Of a stretch of DNA of 64,000 nt, positions 40,062 to 49,982 are shown in pieces. A program made the position numbers and the translations under genes. Numbering within the stretch: the first letter of the stretch is position 1; the number at the start of each line of letters is the position of its first letter. Origin of the DNA: an uncultured cyanobacterium (GTDB lineage: Bacteria; Cyanobacteriota; Cyanobacteriia; Phormidesmidales; Phormidesmidaceae); assembly GCA_963793265.1 (NCBI GenBank), contig CAWBZI010000006.1:960001-1024000 (forward strand), read 5' to 3'. The notes under the pieces are model-generated. The model had not been told where the DNA came from. It saw nothing but the letters and a program-made list of their open reading frames with translations, and searched no databases.

Positions 40062-42557
40062 GTGATTAACTGCCCCAATCCCAGTTGCAAAGCGGCCAAT
40101 CCTGAAGGCAACGATACCTGTCAGGTTTGTCAGTCGGCAATCCCCCATCGCTACCTATGGGGGGTGGGAAATCTGGTGGCAACGCTCGAGCCTGGTGCAC
40201 TGCTTAATCAGCGCTATTTACTGAAGCGCGATCGCACCTTTCTAGATACTCAGCCCGGATTAGTTCCCGAATCTCTCATAGAGATGCCTGAGTTTTTACT
40301 TCCCTATCTACACCTATCAGCCTATCCATTGCATATGCCGCGTCCGTATGCGGTGATACAAACGCCTGAGAGAGACTACGTGCTGCTGCTAGAGTCCAGC
40401 GCCTTAGCCACAGCAGTGAATGGCGACGAGGTGCCCGCTCAGCTCCCCCAACTTTCAGCTCGTTGGGCCGATGCGCCGCCGCTACGGCAGCTAAGCTGGC
40501 TGTGGCAAATTGCGTATTTATGGGACGCCTTTCAAGCCGAGCAGGCTGCTTCGACACTTCTAGAGAATTCCTTACTGCGCGTAGACGGATCGATATTGCG
40601 ACTGGGTGAGCTGTCATCACCATCTACTGGCGAGCAAGCAGTGCGGGCAATCACTCAGGTAACCGCTAAGCAGCCGACGCTGCTCGATCTAAGCCGTAGC
40701 TGGCAACCGCTCGTGGGAAGCGCGCATCAAGCAATAAGAGTATTTTTAGACCGGGTATGTGAGCAGCTAGACCGGCGACAGATGAACGCTGAACAGCTTA
40801 CAGAGCTTCTGAGCCAGGCAATTTCGATGTGTGCTCAGGGGCAGTCAGTCAGCTACGACTTGGCCGTTTATACTGACCAGGGGCCGACTCGAAAGCGAAA
40901 TGAAGACGCCTGCTATCCCGCCAGCGGCACTGCTCAAACGTTGACAAGCGAGCAAACCAAAACGAACTCTCAGCTACTCATCGTGTGCGATGGTATTGGC
41001 GGACATCAAGGGGGGGACGTGGCATCTAAGCTGGCGATCGCTACCATAGAATCCAGGCTGCAACCGCTGCTATCGGCTGATTCGCTTGAGCTAACCGCTA
41101 CTGAAATAACGCTGGCTATCGAAGCGGCGATTTGCGCAGCTAATGATGAAATTTCGGCTCAGAACGATCAGGCGCAGCGGCAGGCGCGCGATCGCATGGG
41201 CACGACGCTGGTGCTGGCATTAGTTAAGGGTGCGGACGTATACATTGGGCATTTGGGAGATAGCCGGGCCTACCGGATAAGTCAGCGCAACTGTCAGCAG
41301 GTCACTTTAGACGATGATGTCGCCTGTCGGCAGGTCAGGCTCGGTGGCGGTCTATATCGTGAAGTGCTCACGCATCCTGGCTCAGGGTCGTTAATCCAAG
41401 CGCTGGGGATGAGTTCTTCGCAAACGTTGAGGCCGACGGTGCAGCGGTTTGTGCTGGACGAAAACTGTGTGTTTTTGCTGTGTTCGGATGGGTTGAGTGA
41501 TAGCGATCGCGTCGAACAGTTTTGGCAGCAGGTGCTGCGACCTCTCGTCTTAGAAGACAGAACAATCGGGCAATCAACAGCAGAAGTCGGTCAGCGCCTT
41601 GTGAACCTGGCAAATAAATACAACGGTCACGATAATGTCACAGTTGGCCTGCTAACGGCACAAGTTATTAGAGCGTCGGAGCGACGAGTGCCAAGAGATT
41701 TATCAAGTTTGAGCGCGGGTGATACAGTTGCCCCTAGCCGAGCAGCTAGAGGGGCCACCAGGATAGTGAGCCTGCCGCAAGTTGACACTACGGTGAATAG
41801 GTCAACTTCTCAGCCCTCTGCAGATGAAGTGCCCGGCGAGAGCGCAGGTGGCTTAACAACCAGTACATCGGCCTCGACTAGCCTGGGCAAACCCGCCACA
41901 AAGACTTCAGAGTCGTCTGGTAAAAGAGATATTAAAAAGATAGGCGCTGTTGTTGCCCTGCTAGCGGCTTTAGCAGGCGGGCTGTACTTCCTATTTCCGG
42001 GGCTGACCTATCGGTTTACGGCTGATTCGAGAGAAGAGGGCAGTTCCTCTACGGCAGTGACAGCACCCGCAGAACCTTTGGAAGCGACTGAAAATGGGGG
42101 CGTGGGACGACCGCCTGCCGATATTCAATTAGGCGCTTACCTCCGCGTACTACCTAACCTATCGAACCGCACAGAGGCAAACGGTCAGTACGAACCGCTC
42201 AGGCTCTATCCCAATCCCCAAATCGACGACAAGGAGCTGGCCGTTACGATGCCATCTGGCAGCATCGCGCAAGTCGTTGAGCAGGCAACAGAAGGAAATA
42301 CGCAGTGGGTGCGACTCACACTATGTTCTATTCCTTCAGGCGCGTCGCTGGCTGACGTTCCTGCTGAGACAGACGCGCTGCCGCTAGACCAAGAAAGCTC
42401 GCCTACAGGTCTGAGCGATCCAGAAGCACTCAGTGCCGATCAGCCCCTTCCTTTGGATGCAGGGAAAAAGGCTTGGGCTGTGAAATCGTCAATTGCCAGT
42501 GCCTCGGAAAATATTAAAGATTTGCAGCCCACCCAGCGCGGAAGCTGTGGAAGCTGA
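40062..42557 (+). CDS. PP2C Ser/Thr phosphatase with N-terminal 4-Cys zinc ribbon and degenerate kinase-like region, one TM and a C-terminal extracytoplasmic domain
   Basis: CPNPSC...CQVC; RKRNEDA, CDGIGGH, GTT, GDSR, CSDGL, GHDNVT; TM IGAVVALLAALAGGLYFLF. Confidence 0.9.
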   Translation: MINCPNPSCKAANPEGNDTCQVCQSAIPHRYLWGVGNLVATLEPGALLNQRYLLKRDRTFLDTQPGLVPESLIEMPEFLLPYLHLSAYPLHMPRPYAVIQTPERDYVLLLESSALATAVNGDEVPAQLPQLSARWADAPPLRQLSWLWQIAYLWDAFQAEQAASTLLENSLLRVDGSILRLGELSSPSTGEQAVRAITQVTAKQPTLLDLSRSWQPLVGSAHQAIRVFLDRVCEQLDRRQMNAEQLTELLSQAISMCAQGQSVSYDLAVYTDQGPTRKRNEDACYPASGTAQTLTSEQTKTNSQLLIVCDGIGGHQGGDVASKLAIATIESRLQPLLSADSLELTATEITLAIEAAICAANDEISAQNDQAQRQARDRMGTTLVLALVKGADVYIGHLGDSRAYRISQRNCQQVTLDDDVACRQVRLGGGLYREVLTHPGSGSLIQALGMSSSQTLRPTVQRFVLDENCVFLLCSDGLSDSDRVEQFWQQVLRPLVLEDRTIGQSTAEVGQRLVNLANKYNGHDNVTVGLLTAQVIRASERRVPRDLSSLSAGDTVAPSRAARGATRIVSLPQVDTTVNRSTSQPSADEVPGESAGGLTTSTSASTSLGKPATKTSESSGKRDIKKIGAVVALLAALAGGLYFLFPGLTYRFTADSREEGSSSTAVTAPAEPLEATENGGVGRPPADIQLGAYLRVLPNLSNRTEANGQYEPLRLYPNPQIDDKELAVTMPSGSIAQVVEQATEGNTQWVRLTLCSIPSGASLADVPAETDALPLDQESSPTGLSDPEALSADQPLPLDAGKKAWAVKSSIASASENIKDLQPTQRGSCGS

Positions 42558-42569
42558 GAGGAGTGCTGC

Positions 42570-44219
42570 GTGATGTCTGAAAAGGATTCTCTGTGCCTGT
42601 GGCTGGCAATCGATAGGCTGCAAATGCAGCGCGATCACTTTGCGATGTGGATAGTGCGCGCCCCCCATCCGGGCGGGCATGTTCATTACGATCGAGAGTG
42701 GAGCCCGGAGCTAGCGCAGGCGTGGCAAAGCTGGCAGTCTATTTTTTCGCTGCGCGGACTGCCGCAGGTGCCGCATATTCCCTCAGCTTACGTGCCCCAG
42801 TTTGTGCTCGAAGACGTGGCTGAGATGCCAGATGATCCTGTCACCGGGCAGCCTGCAAGCTATAGCAGCCGGTATATGCAGCATTTGGGTGTGAGCTTAT
42901 GGCAGTGGCTATTTGAGGGGCCAATTGAGAGTAGTTTTGAGCGATCGCAGGGTATTGCCATCGGCCAAAACCAACCGCTGCGGCTGCGGCTAGACATTCG
43001 AGATCCTGAGCTGATTGCGCTGCCCTGGGAGATTATGCAGCCGCAGCCAGGTAGCCGGGCGCTGTCTTTGAACCGCAAAATTTTGCTGAGCCGCACCAGC
43101 AACACAGTCGATCCGTTGGAGATAACGGGGCTAGACAATGCGCTGAAGATTTTGCTGGTTATCGGAGAAGATAGTCCAGGGCAAGACGCCCAGCAGGATG
43201 AAGCAGATACTAATGGCGATGACGATGTAATGCTACGGCTCAGTGAGGAGGCCGTACTGCTCAAAAAAATCCTAGAGCAAAGCAGCGATTTGAGTATGCG
43301 ACCTACGGCTAGACGAACCGTAGACGTGCTGCTTCAGCCGAGCGCTGCCGAATTGAGCCGTGTGTTAGAGAAAGGCAGCTATAACGTCTTCTTTTATTCG
43401 GGGCACGGCGTACCAGGGCCAGACGGCGGGCTGTTGTTTTTATCTGATGCTGCCTTAAGTGGCACAGAGTTAGCTCAGGTGCTTGTGCGCGCGAAGGTGA
43501 AGCTGGCCGTATTTAACACCTGCTGGGGCGCGCAGCCGGAGCAAAGTCAGCAGCAGGCGCTTCCTCGTAGCAGCCTGGCAGAGGTGCTGCTATATCACGG
43601 GCTACCGGCGGTGGTGGCAATGCGTGACTCAATAGCTGATGAAGAGGCGATTAGCTTTATTCAGGTGTTTGCCCAAACGCTGGCAGAGCGGAAGCCGGTG
43701 GATGAGGCAGTTGCGATCGCCCGCCAACATCTCCTCACCCTCTACCACTTCAACCAGCCTGCCTGGACGCTGCCTGTGCTGTACATGCACCCGGACTACA
43801 GCGGCACCATTTTACTGAACGAAGAAACCACGCAAATTAACGAACACAGCGACTTTCGCCCCAGGCGGCAGCAGGCCATGTTGCGAGATGCCACTGATAT
43901 TCGCCAAATGTGGCCTATCTACAGCGACGTGATGAGAATTGGCCGCAAACCCGACGACAATGACCTAGTGATTTCTGATCCGTGGGTGTCGAGCAGCCAT
44001 GCCGAAATCTTTCACAGGCGCATCACGGCGCAGAGTCCGGGAGATGGTCTAGAAACCGCTTATTTTTTGCGGGATAATTCTCGATACGGCACGTTTTACC
44101 TCCAAGGCAACGACTGGCGAGAAGTTCACCGTCAGGAGATTACGCTACATTCAGGTACACAAATTCGCTTTGGCAGTAAGTCGGACGGGCGACTGCTAGA
44201 GTTTGTAGTAGAAAACTAG
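42570..44219 (+). CDS. CHAT (caspase-like) protease with C-terminal FHA domain
   Basis: LRLRL...LPWE, catalytic FYSGHG and VFNTCW, VVAMR; FHA motifs IGR...VSSSHA...DNSRYGT. GAGGAG ribosome-binding site; 12 bp after the PP2C gene. Confidence 0.88.
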   Translation: MMSEKDSLCLWLAIDRLQMQRDHFAMWIVRAPHPGGHVHYDREWSPELAQAWQSWQSIFSLRGLPQVPHIPSAYVPQFVLEDVAEMPDDPVTGQPASYSSRYMQHLGVSLWQWLFEGPIESSFERSQGIAIGQNQPLRLRLDIRDPELIALPWEIMQPQPGSRALSLNRKILLSRTSNTVDPLEITGLDNALKILLVIGEDSPGQDAQQDEADTNGDDDVMLRLSEEAVLLKKILEQSSDLSMRPTARRTVDVLLQPSAAELSRVLEKGSYNVFFYSGHGVPGPDGGLLFLSDAALSGTELAQVLVRAKVKLAVFNTCWGAQPEQSQQQALPRSSLAEVLLYHGLPAVVAMRDSIADEEAISFIQVFAQTLAERKPVDEAVAIARQHLLTLYHFNQPAWTLPVLYMHPDYSGTILLNEETTQINEHSDFRPRRQQAMLRDATDIRQMWPIYSDVMRIGRKPDDNDLVISDPWVSSSHAEIFHRRITAQSPGDGLETAYFLRDNSRYGTFYLQGNDWREVHRQEITLHSGTQIRFGSKSDGRLLEFVVEN

Positions 44220-44346
44220 GTAATAACACTGAACTTTGCCTCAAATGAAGGAAAATTGTTTAGCTTTGCGGAACGGTTGAACGCGCCTCTGTATCCCTTT
44301 TCTGTCACACTTTATAATTTCTGCTAGCACAGATAAACGCACCGCT

Positions 44347-44958
44347 ATGGCTAATCAATCATTCAGCTCTGAGGATAAAGACAGCAAAAACAATGGCCTG
44401 CCTGCGGCTCAAGCTGAGCTGTTGCAGGCTGTTTTAGAAACTGAGGGCTACCCCTGGCTAGCAGATGAAACATCGGTGACATATTCAAAGGAGATAGAAA
44501 ACGCTGGGCTTGCGTTAGAAATTTCTGAAGATGAAGCGGCTCAAGGTTGGCAAGGACTCTCTACACAGCTCAATCAAATGTGGGGTGATCGCACTGCTGA
44601 GGACTCTCTGACAGATCAGCTCGTCGTGAAGTTCGCTGAAAGCCTGCCGAGCGAAGTAATCACGCGCATCGGTGAGAATGCTCAGCGGATCGCCAGTGAG
44701 GCCAAGTCGTCGGGCCAAAGCATGTTGGATCAGATGGTTGCTTGTGTGCAGGATGTAATGACGCAGATGGCCGATGATGACCTGCGCGTGATGGGTAGAC
44801 CGATGGCGATGGCGATGCGCGGCAATAGTGCAGATGAGTTTGTGACGGCAACGATTCAGTCGATACGCACGGCTGAGTGGGAGGCGCTATCACCGATTGA
44901 GCAAGCGCGGCTAAGTTTAGCAGCAGCGCGATATGCCCTTTCACAGGTCGAAGGCTAA
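44347..44958 (+). CDS. Hypothetical protein, PatU3-like by motif resemblance
   Basis: 203 aa ORF with YPW, LPSEVI, AMAMRG and terminal EQARLSLAAARYAL. The ORF is solid; the PatU3 resemblance is from memory only. Confidence 0.7.
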   Translation: MANQSFSSEDKDSKNNGLPAAQAELLQAVLETEGYPWLADETSVTYSKEIENAGLALEISEDEAAQGWQGLSTQLNQMWGDRTAEDSLTDQLVVKFAESLPSEVITRIGENAQRIASEAKSSGQSMLDQMVACVQDVMTQMADDDLRVMGRPMAMAMRGNSADEFVTATIQSIRTAEWEALSPIEQARLSLAAARYALSQVEG

Positions 44959-44965
44959 AGCAGAA

Positions 44966-45313
44966 TTATTTGCCTTCAGGCTGGAATAGCTGATTGACCA
45001 CGAGCGCTCCAAGTCGGTTAATAAACGGGCAGGTGAGGCCGATGCTGAAGCCTGCTTTAAAGATAAGCTGATTGATTTCCGAGGTGGGTTTAGCAGGATT
45101 GTAGAGGGCGATGAGGAAGGCGATCGCCCCAAAAATCAGCGCAAAAATAACGGCATACAAGACCACAGATGTCACCGCCCGCTCCCACCCTTGCCACGTA
45201 TCCTCAACCCATCGACTCAGCACGGCATTGATACAGGCCGTAGCAGTGCCACTGGCAAATCCGACACAAATTGCGAGCAGAACAGTTTGATCAACGGGCG
45301 TGAGGTAGTTCAT
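44966..45313 (-). CDS. Hypothetical membrane protein
   Basis: Three hydrophobic segments; ATGA overlap with the upstream TPR gene. Confidence 0.65.
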   Translation of the reverse strand: MNYLTPVDQTVLLAICVGFASGTATACINAVLSRWVEDTWQGWERAVTSVVLYAVIFALIFGAIAFLIALYNPAKPTSEINQLIFKAGFSIGLTCPFINRLGALVVNQLFQPEGK

Positions 45314-46611
45314 GAGTTGGGCTGCGTGAGCGATTCTATTTGCTCAATGAAATAATCCTGGCGAAGATCAAGCTGATCGGCAATCACGAGCGCTCGTTCA
45401 AACGCCTTGAGCGCTTCAAAATCATTGCCTTGCTGACGCTGAAGCAACCCAATGCTGTTGTATGCATTCATCACGCCATAGCTGTTGTAAGCCTGCTGCT
45501 CTACAGGCACCAGCAGATTGTAAGCCCCTAGCGCTTCATCAGTAAGGGCAAGGCTTTCGTAAAGCGCACCCAAATCTATAAGCACTTGAGCCGAAAAGCT
45601 GAACTGATCGAACCTTTGGGCGGCGCTGTAGGCTGAGCGATAGTAGGCGATCGCATTGTCAGGCTGGTTGAGTCTGCGGTAGTTTTGAGCGATCGCAAGC
45701 AGCAGTCCCGGCAGCTTCTCTTCGTCACCCTGCCCCTGGTACAGCAAAAGCAAATCCGTCTGTGCGCGGGTCGCATTGGCAAATGAGTCTGCCTGCTGAT
45801 AGCTATAAACTAAACGCTCTAAGTAATCTATTTCCTGAGCCTGATCGCCGTTTGCTCTGGCCGTTTGCAATAGCGCTAAATAAATATCAGCCGCATCGGC
45901 AAATTGAAACCAGGCCAAGTGGAGTTCGGCTAGCGATCGCCGCTGCGGAGTAGGGTCAACCCCTTGCTGGCCAGCAAGCTCAATAAGCTGGCTGTAGACT
46001 TCTACGGTCGAATCAATGTCTCTAAGCGTAGAGAAGGTTTGAGCGATCGCATTTAGCACGACTAAATCCGACTCAGCATCACCGCTAACCAGCAGCCGGG
46101 CTGGTGCCGACTCATCAGGCGGAATTTCAGCAAACTCTTCCGTCTCAGGCTCTAAACCTAACGTCGCCTGTACCGTCTCCCAAATTTCACGCATTCGTAA
46201 GGTCAGCAGTTGCACATCGACCGCGCGCTGATTTTGCCAGGCCAGCGTGGCCGTTCGACTAATCGCATTAAACTCCTCAACCGGGCCGAATATCCGACGC
46301 AGCCGTAGCTCTCGTCGAAATAGCTCAAAGGCCCGATCGACGTTGCCTAGAGCTAGCTGTTGCTGTGCGGCCTGATTCAGTTGTTCTACGCCTGTAGCGA
46401 CTGCGCTTAGCTCTAGCGGGCTGAGGGGCCTATCAACGGTGAGTTCAGGCAGCAGCGGATCGCGAGGTGCGGCGGTGAGGGGGTCAGCAAGAAAGTTTTG
46501 TCGGAGCTGAGGGCTGACCTGTTGGGCGGTCGCTTTAGCAGAGAGAAGACTACCCAGTATTGTTAGGGCGATCGCTGGGTAAAAAACAGCTTGACGTAAC
46601 AGTGAATACAC
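45310..46611 (-). CDS. Exported tetratricopeptide repeat protein
   Basis: Signal-peptide-like N-terminus ending ATA-QQ; TPR-like helices (NAIAYYRSA, EALKAFERAL). Confidence 0.8.
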   Translation of the reverse strand: MYSLLRQAVFYPAIALTILGSLLSAKATAQQVSPQLRQNFLADPLTAAPRDPLLPELTVDRPLSPLELSAVATGVEQLNQAAQQQLALGNVDRAFELFRRELRLRRIFGPVEEFNAISRTATLAWQNQRAVDVQLLTLRMREIWETVQATLGLEPETEEFAEIPPDESAPARLLVSGDAESDLVVLNAIAQTFSTLRDIDSTVEVYSQLIELAGQQGVDPTPQRRSLAELHLAWFQFADAADIYLALLQTARANGDQAQEIDYLERLVYSYQQADSFANATRAQTDLLLLYQGQGDEEKLPGLLLAIAQNYRRLNQPDNAIAYYRSAYSAAQRFDQFSFSAQVLIDLGALYESLALTDEALGAYNLLVPVEQQAYNSYGVMNAYNSIGLLQRQQGNDFEALKAFERALVIADQLDLRQDYFIEQIESLTQPNS

Positions 46612-46725
46612 AGTTGTTTGCAGAACTTTATGTTCGACGGGCTGGGGGCGAAGCGTAGGCTGAAATTGCGGTAGGCTTGTGACCTGAATAGCAGATCACC
46701 CACCATAGCAAACGCCCACCTCAGT

Positions 46726-47685
46726 ATGTCTTCTAACGTTGCCACTCGTACCGTTCGGATCGGTTCTCGCAAAAGTCAGCTCGCCCTCGTGCAAACCCAC
46801 TGGGTTCAAGCTGAGCTGAGCAAGGCGTATCCCGACATCACCTTTGAAGTCAATACGATGGAGACAAAGGGCGACAAGGTGCTAGACGTGGCGCTCTCAA
46901 AAATCGGTGATAAGGGTCTGTTCACCCAAGAACTCGAAGACGACATGCTCAGTGGCGACATCGATTTTGCGGTGCACTCACTCAAAGATTTGCCCACAAA
47001 TTTGCCCGAAGGGTTGCGGTTGGGCTGTGTCACCAAGCGCGAAGATCCGGCGGACGCTATGGTCGTGCACGAAAAGCACAAGGACAAACAGCTCGATACG
47101 CTGCCTGAAGGGGCAGTGATTGGCACCTCTTCGCTCAGACGCTTAGCACAGCTACGCCACCATTTTCCTCACTTCAAGTTCAAAGATATTCGCGGCAATG
47201 TGAACACCCGGCTGCGCAAGCTAGATGAGGGTGAGTATGACGCGATTGTTTTGGCAGCAGCCGGACTGAATCGGTTGGATATGAGCGATCGCATCCACCA
47301 GCTTCTACCCCCCGAAATTTCACTACATGCCGTTGGGCAAGGGGCTTTGGGCATCGAATGTCGTCAGGGAGACGATGACATCCTCGGATTGCTCAAGGTA
47401 CTAGAGCATGAGCCCACCGCGCAGCGCTGCTATGCCGAAAGAGCCTTTTTGCGCGAATTAGAAGGGGGCTGTCAGGTCCCTATTGGCGTGAATACTATTA
47501 TTGAAGGCGATACGCTGACCCTGAAGGGGATTGTGGCTAGCTTGGACGGGCAGCGCTTAATTTCGGATACGGTGACGGGCGCGCCGGTAGATGCTGAGCA
47601 CATGGGTACTGAGCTGGCGAAACGGCTGCGTGACCAAGGTGCGCAGGAAATTTTGGATGAGATTAATGCGCAGAATCGGTCTTAG
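46726..47685 (+). CDS. hemC: Hydroxymethylbilane synthase (porphobilinogen deaminase)
   Basis: [29 protein letters not shown] motifs. Confidence 0.98.
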   Translation: MSSNVATRTVRIGSRKSQLALVQTHWVQAELSKAYPDITFEVNTMETKGDKVLDVALSKIGDKGLFTQELEDDMLSGDIDFAVHSLKDLPTNLPEGLRLGCVTKREDPADAMVVHEKHKDKQLDTLPEGAVIGTSSLRRLAQLRHHFPHFKFKDIRGNVNTRLRKLDEGEYDAIVLAAAGLNRLDMSDRIHQLLPPEISLHAVGQGALGIECRQGDDDILGLLKVLEHEPTAQRCYAERAFLRELEGGCQVPIGVNTIIEGDTLTLKGIVASLDGQRLISDTVTGAPVDAEHMGTELAKRLRDQGAQEILDEINAQNRS

Positions 47686-47822
47686 GTCTGTCTGTGGGGG
47701 TTGGGGTGATCGCTCATAAAGCGCACTTCTGATAGATGTTTGAAAGTCGGCTTTTCGTTAAAAATAGGAAACTATTCAATCAAAAAGTTCGTTTAAGCGC
47801 TTTTGAAAAGCCCAAGCATCCT

Positions 47823-48248
47823 ATGAGAATTACGCCCAACGTTTCCTATCGCGGCATTGAGAAGACCGACGCTTTGGAAAGTCTGATCAATGAAAAAATT
47901 GAAAAGCTAGAGAAGTTTTATCACCAGATTAGTAGCTGTCGGATTGCCTTAGAAAAAGTGCACGATCATCCTGAGAGTGGTTCGCCCTACCGAGTTCGCC
48001 TCGATATTACTGTGCCTGAGAGCCGCGAAGTTGTAGTTGATAAAAGCCCTGATAACGGCGTGCAGTATGCATCTTTAGAAACCGTCATTCGAGATGCCTT
48101 TGACGTTGCAAATAGACAGCTTAAAGAGCTAAACGAACAGCAGCACAACCACATGAAAACGCATGTTCCGGGCCAGCGCGAAATTGTGCTAGATGACCTA
48201 CCGGCTGGCGAAGTGCCTGCCCCCCCGGCTGACGTGACGGCAAGCTAA
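47823..48248 (+). CDS. HPF/RaiA family ribosome-associated protein
   Basis: MRITPNVSYRG...KIEKLEKF...SCRI...YRVRLDITVP...IRDAFD pattern; the ATG at 47823 is preferred over 47736. Confidence 0.8.
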   Translation: MRITPNVSYRGIEKTDALESLINEKIEKLEKFYHQISSCRIALEKVHDHPESGSPYRVRLDITVPESREVVVDKSPDNGVQYASLETVIRDAFDVANRQLKELNEQQHNHMKTHVPGQREIVLDDLPAGEVPAPPADVTAS

Positions 48249-48275
48249 CGCGGCGAAGACAATCCATAATTTGCG

Positions 48276-48309
48276 AAAAGACGGCTAGTTAGATCAAGCC
48301 GTCTTTTTT
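48276..48309 (+). terminator. Intrinsic terminator
   Basis: AAAAGACGGCT-loop-AGCCGTC-TTTTTT. Confidence 0.85.
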
Positions 48310-48468
48310 GTGCGCTATATTCTGTCGTCATTCCTCTGACGTTTTGTCAAGACACCTGATCAGCGCGCTGCTGAGCGTCAGGAAGATTGCAAAAGTCTTA
48401 TCTAGAGACATTCCAAATCACTATAAACTTGAACTTATTAAAAATAAGATTGTTAGATAGGTCGTGAT

Positions 48469-49890
48469 ATGCGAATTTTATTTGTGGCCGCCGAAGCCGC
48501 GCCACTGGCTAAAGTTGGTGGCATGGGTGATGTGGTGGGCAGCCTGCCTGCCGTTTTAAGGGCGATGGGCCATGACGTGCGCGTATTCATGCCCTACTAC
48601 AACATCATGGGCGATAAGCTAGAACCGCCCGGCAAGCCTATATGGTGGGGCCAAGCCATGTTCAACTCGTTTGCTGTGTACGAAAGCAGGCTTCCGGGTA
48701 CGGACGTGCCGCTGTATCTATTCGGCCATCCTTGCTTTGATAACGGCATCATCTACGGCGGCGATGATGAGAGCTGGCGATTTACCTTTTTCGCCAATGG
48801 CGCAGCCGAGTTCGCCTGGAACTACTGGAAGCCCAATATCATCCACTGTCATGACTGGCACACTGGAATGCTGCCGGTTTGGAATCATGAAATCTCAGAT
48901 GTTGGCACGGTTTTCACAATTCACAACCTAGCCTATCAAGGCCCCTGGCGTTGGGAGCTAGAGCGCATTGCGTGGTGTCCTTGGTTTATGCAGGGCCACA
49001 ACACAATGGCCGCAGCATTGCAGTATGCAGATCAGGTCAATACGGTATCGCCAACCTATGCCGACCAGATTAAAACACCAGAATACGGTGAGGAACTAGA
49101 GGGTTTGCTGTCCTTTATTAGCGGCAAGCTGAGCGGCATTGTTAATGGCATCGATACAAAGTCTTTTGACCCAGCAACGGATACCAAAATTGAGCATAAC
49201 TACACGGCAAAGACGCTAGATAAGCGGTCAAAGAATAAGGCCGTTGTGCAAAAGGAAATGGGCTTAACTGAGAATCCAGATGGATTTTTGATTGGGCTGG
49301 TGAGTCGGCTGGTGGAGCAAAAGGGCATCGATCTGATTTTGCAGACGATGGATCGGTATTTGGCCTATTCGGATGCGCAGTTTGTGATTTTGGGGACGGG
49401 CGATCGCGTCTATGAAAACCAGCTTTGGGAACTTGCCGCCCGCTACCCAGGTAGAGCCAGCGCCTACATCATGTACAGCGACAGCCTCGCCCGCAAAATC
49501 TATGCAGGCTGCGATGCCTTCCTCATGCCCTCCCGCTTCGAGCCCTGCGGCATCAGCCAAATGGTCGCGATGCGTTACGGCTGCGTACCCATCGTTCGCC
49601 GCACAGGTGGCCTCGTTGATACCGTCAGCCATAACGACCCTGAGAACAAAGCCGGTACAGGCTACTGCTTCGACCGCTACGAGCCTTTAGACCTATTTAC
49701 CTCAATGGTCAGAGCGTCTGAGGCATATCGCTTTAAGCCTCAGTGGGAGGCGCTGCAAAGACGAGCCATGGGTGAAGACGTGGGCTGGGAGAAGTCAGCA
49801 GTAGAGTACGTCAAGCTGTATAGCAAAGTCATGAACATACCCGCAGAAGATCAGCTACCCGTGCAGTACGGCGGCACGGTTGAGATTTAG
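48469..49890 (+). CDS. glgA: Glycogen synthase
   Basis: KVGGMGDV, HCHDWH, TIHNL, SRFEPCG, RRTGGL motifs. Confidence 0.97.
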   Translation: MRILFVAAEAAPLAKVGGMGDVVGSLPAVLRAMGHDVRVFMPYYNIMGDKLEPPGKPIWWGQAMFNSFAVYESRLPGTDVPLYLFGHPCFDNGIIYGGDDESWRFTFFANGAAEFAWNYWKPNIIHCHDWHTGMLPVWNHEISDVGTVFTIHNLAYQGPWRWELERIAWCPWFMQGHNTMAAALQYADQVNTVSPTYADQIKTPEYGEELEGLLSFISGKLSGIVNGIDTKSFDPATDTKIEHNYTAKTLDKRSKNKAVVQKEMGLTENPDGFLIGLVSRLVEQKGIDLILQTMDRYLAYSDAQFVILGTGDRVYENQLWELAARYPGRASAYIMYSDSLARKIYAGCDAFLMPSRFEPCGISQMVAMRYGCVPIVRRTGGLVDTVSHNDPENKAGTGYCFDRYEPLDLFTSMVRASEAYRFKPQWEALQRRAMGEDVGWEKSAVEYVKLYSKVMNIPAEDQLPVQYGGTVEI

Positions 49891-49914
49891 AGTCTCTAGC
49901 AGTTTCATTCAATC

Positions 49915-49952
49915 AAAAAGCCCTCGTCCAGCTAATGAACGAGGGCTTCTTA
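49915..49952. terminator. Terminator between convergent glgA and tRNA-Asp
   Basis: AAGCCCTCGT...ACGAGGGCTT stem; T-tract on the minus strand. Confidence 0.8.
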
Positions 49953-49982
49953 TATGCGACCTTAAGTTGTGAATAACTTAAA

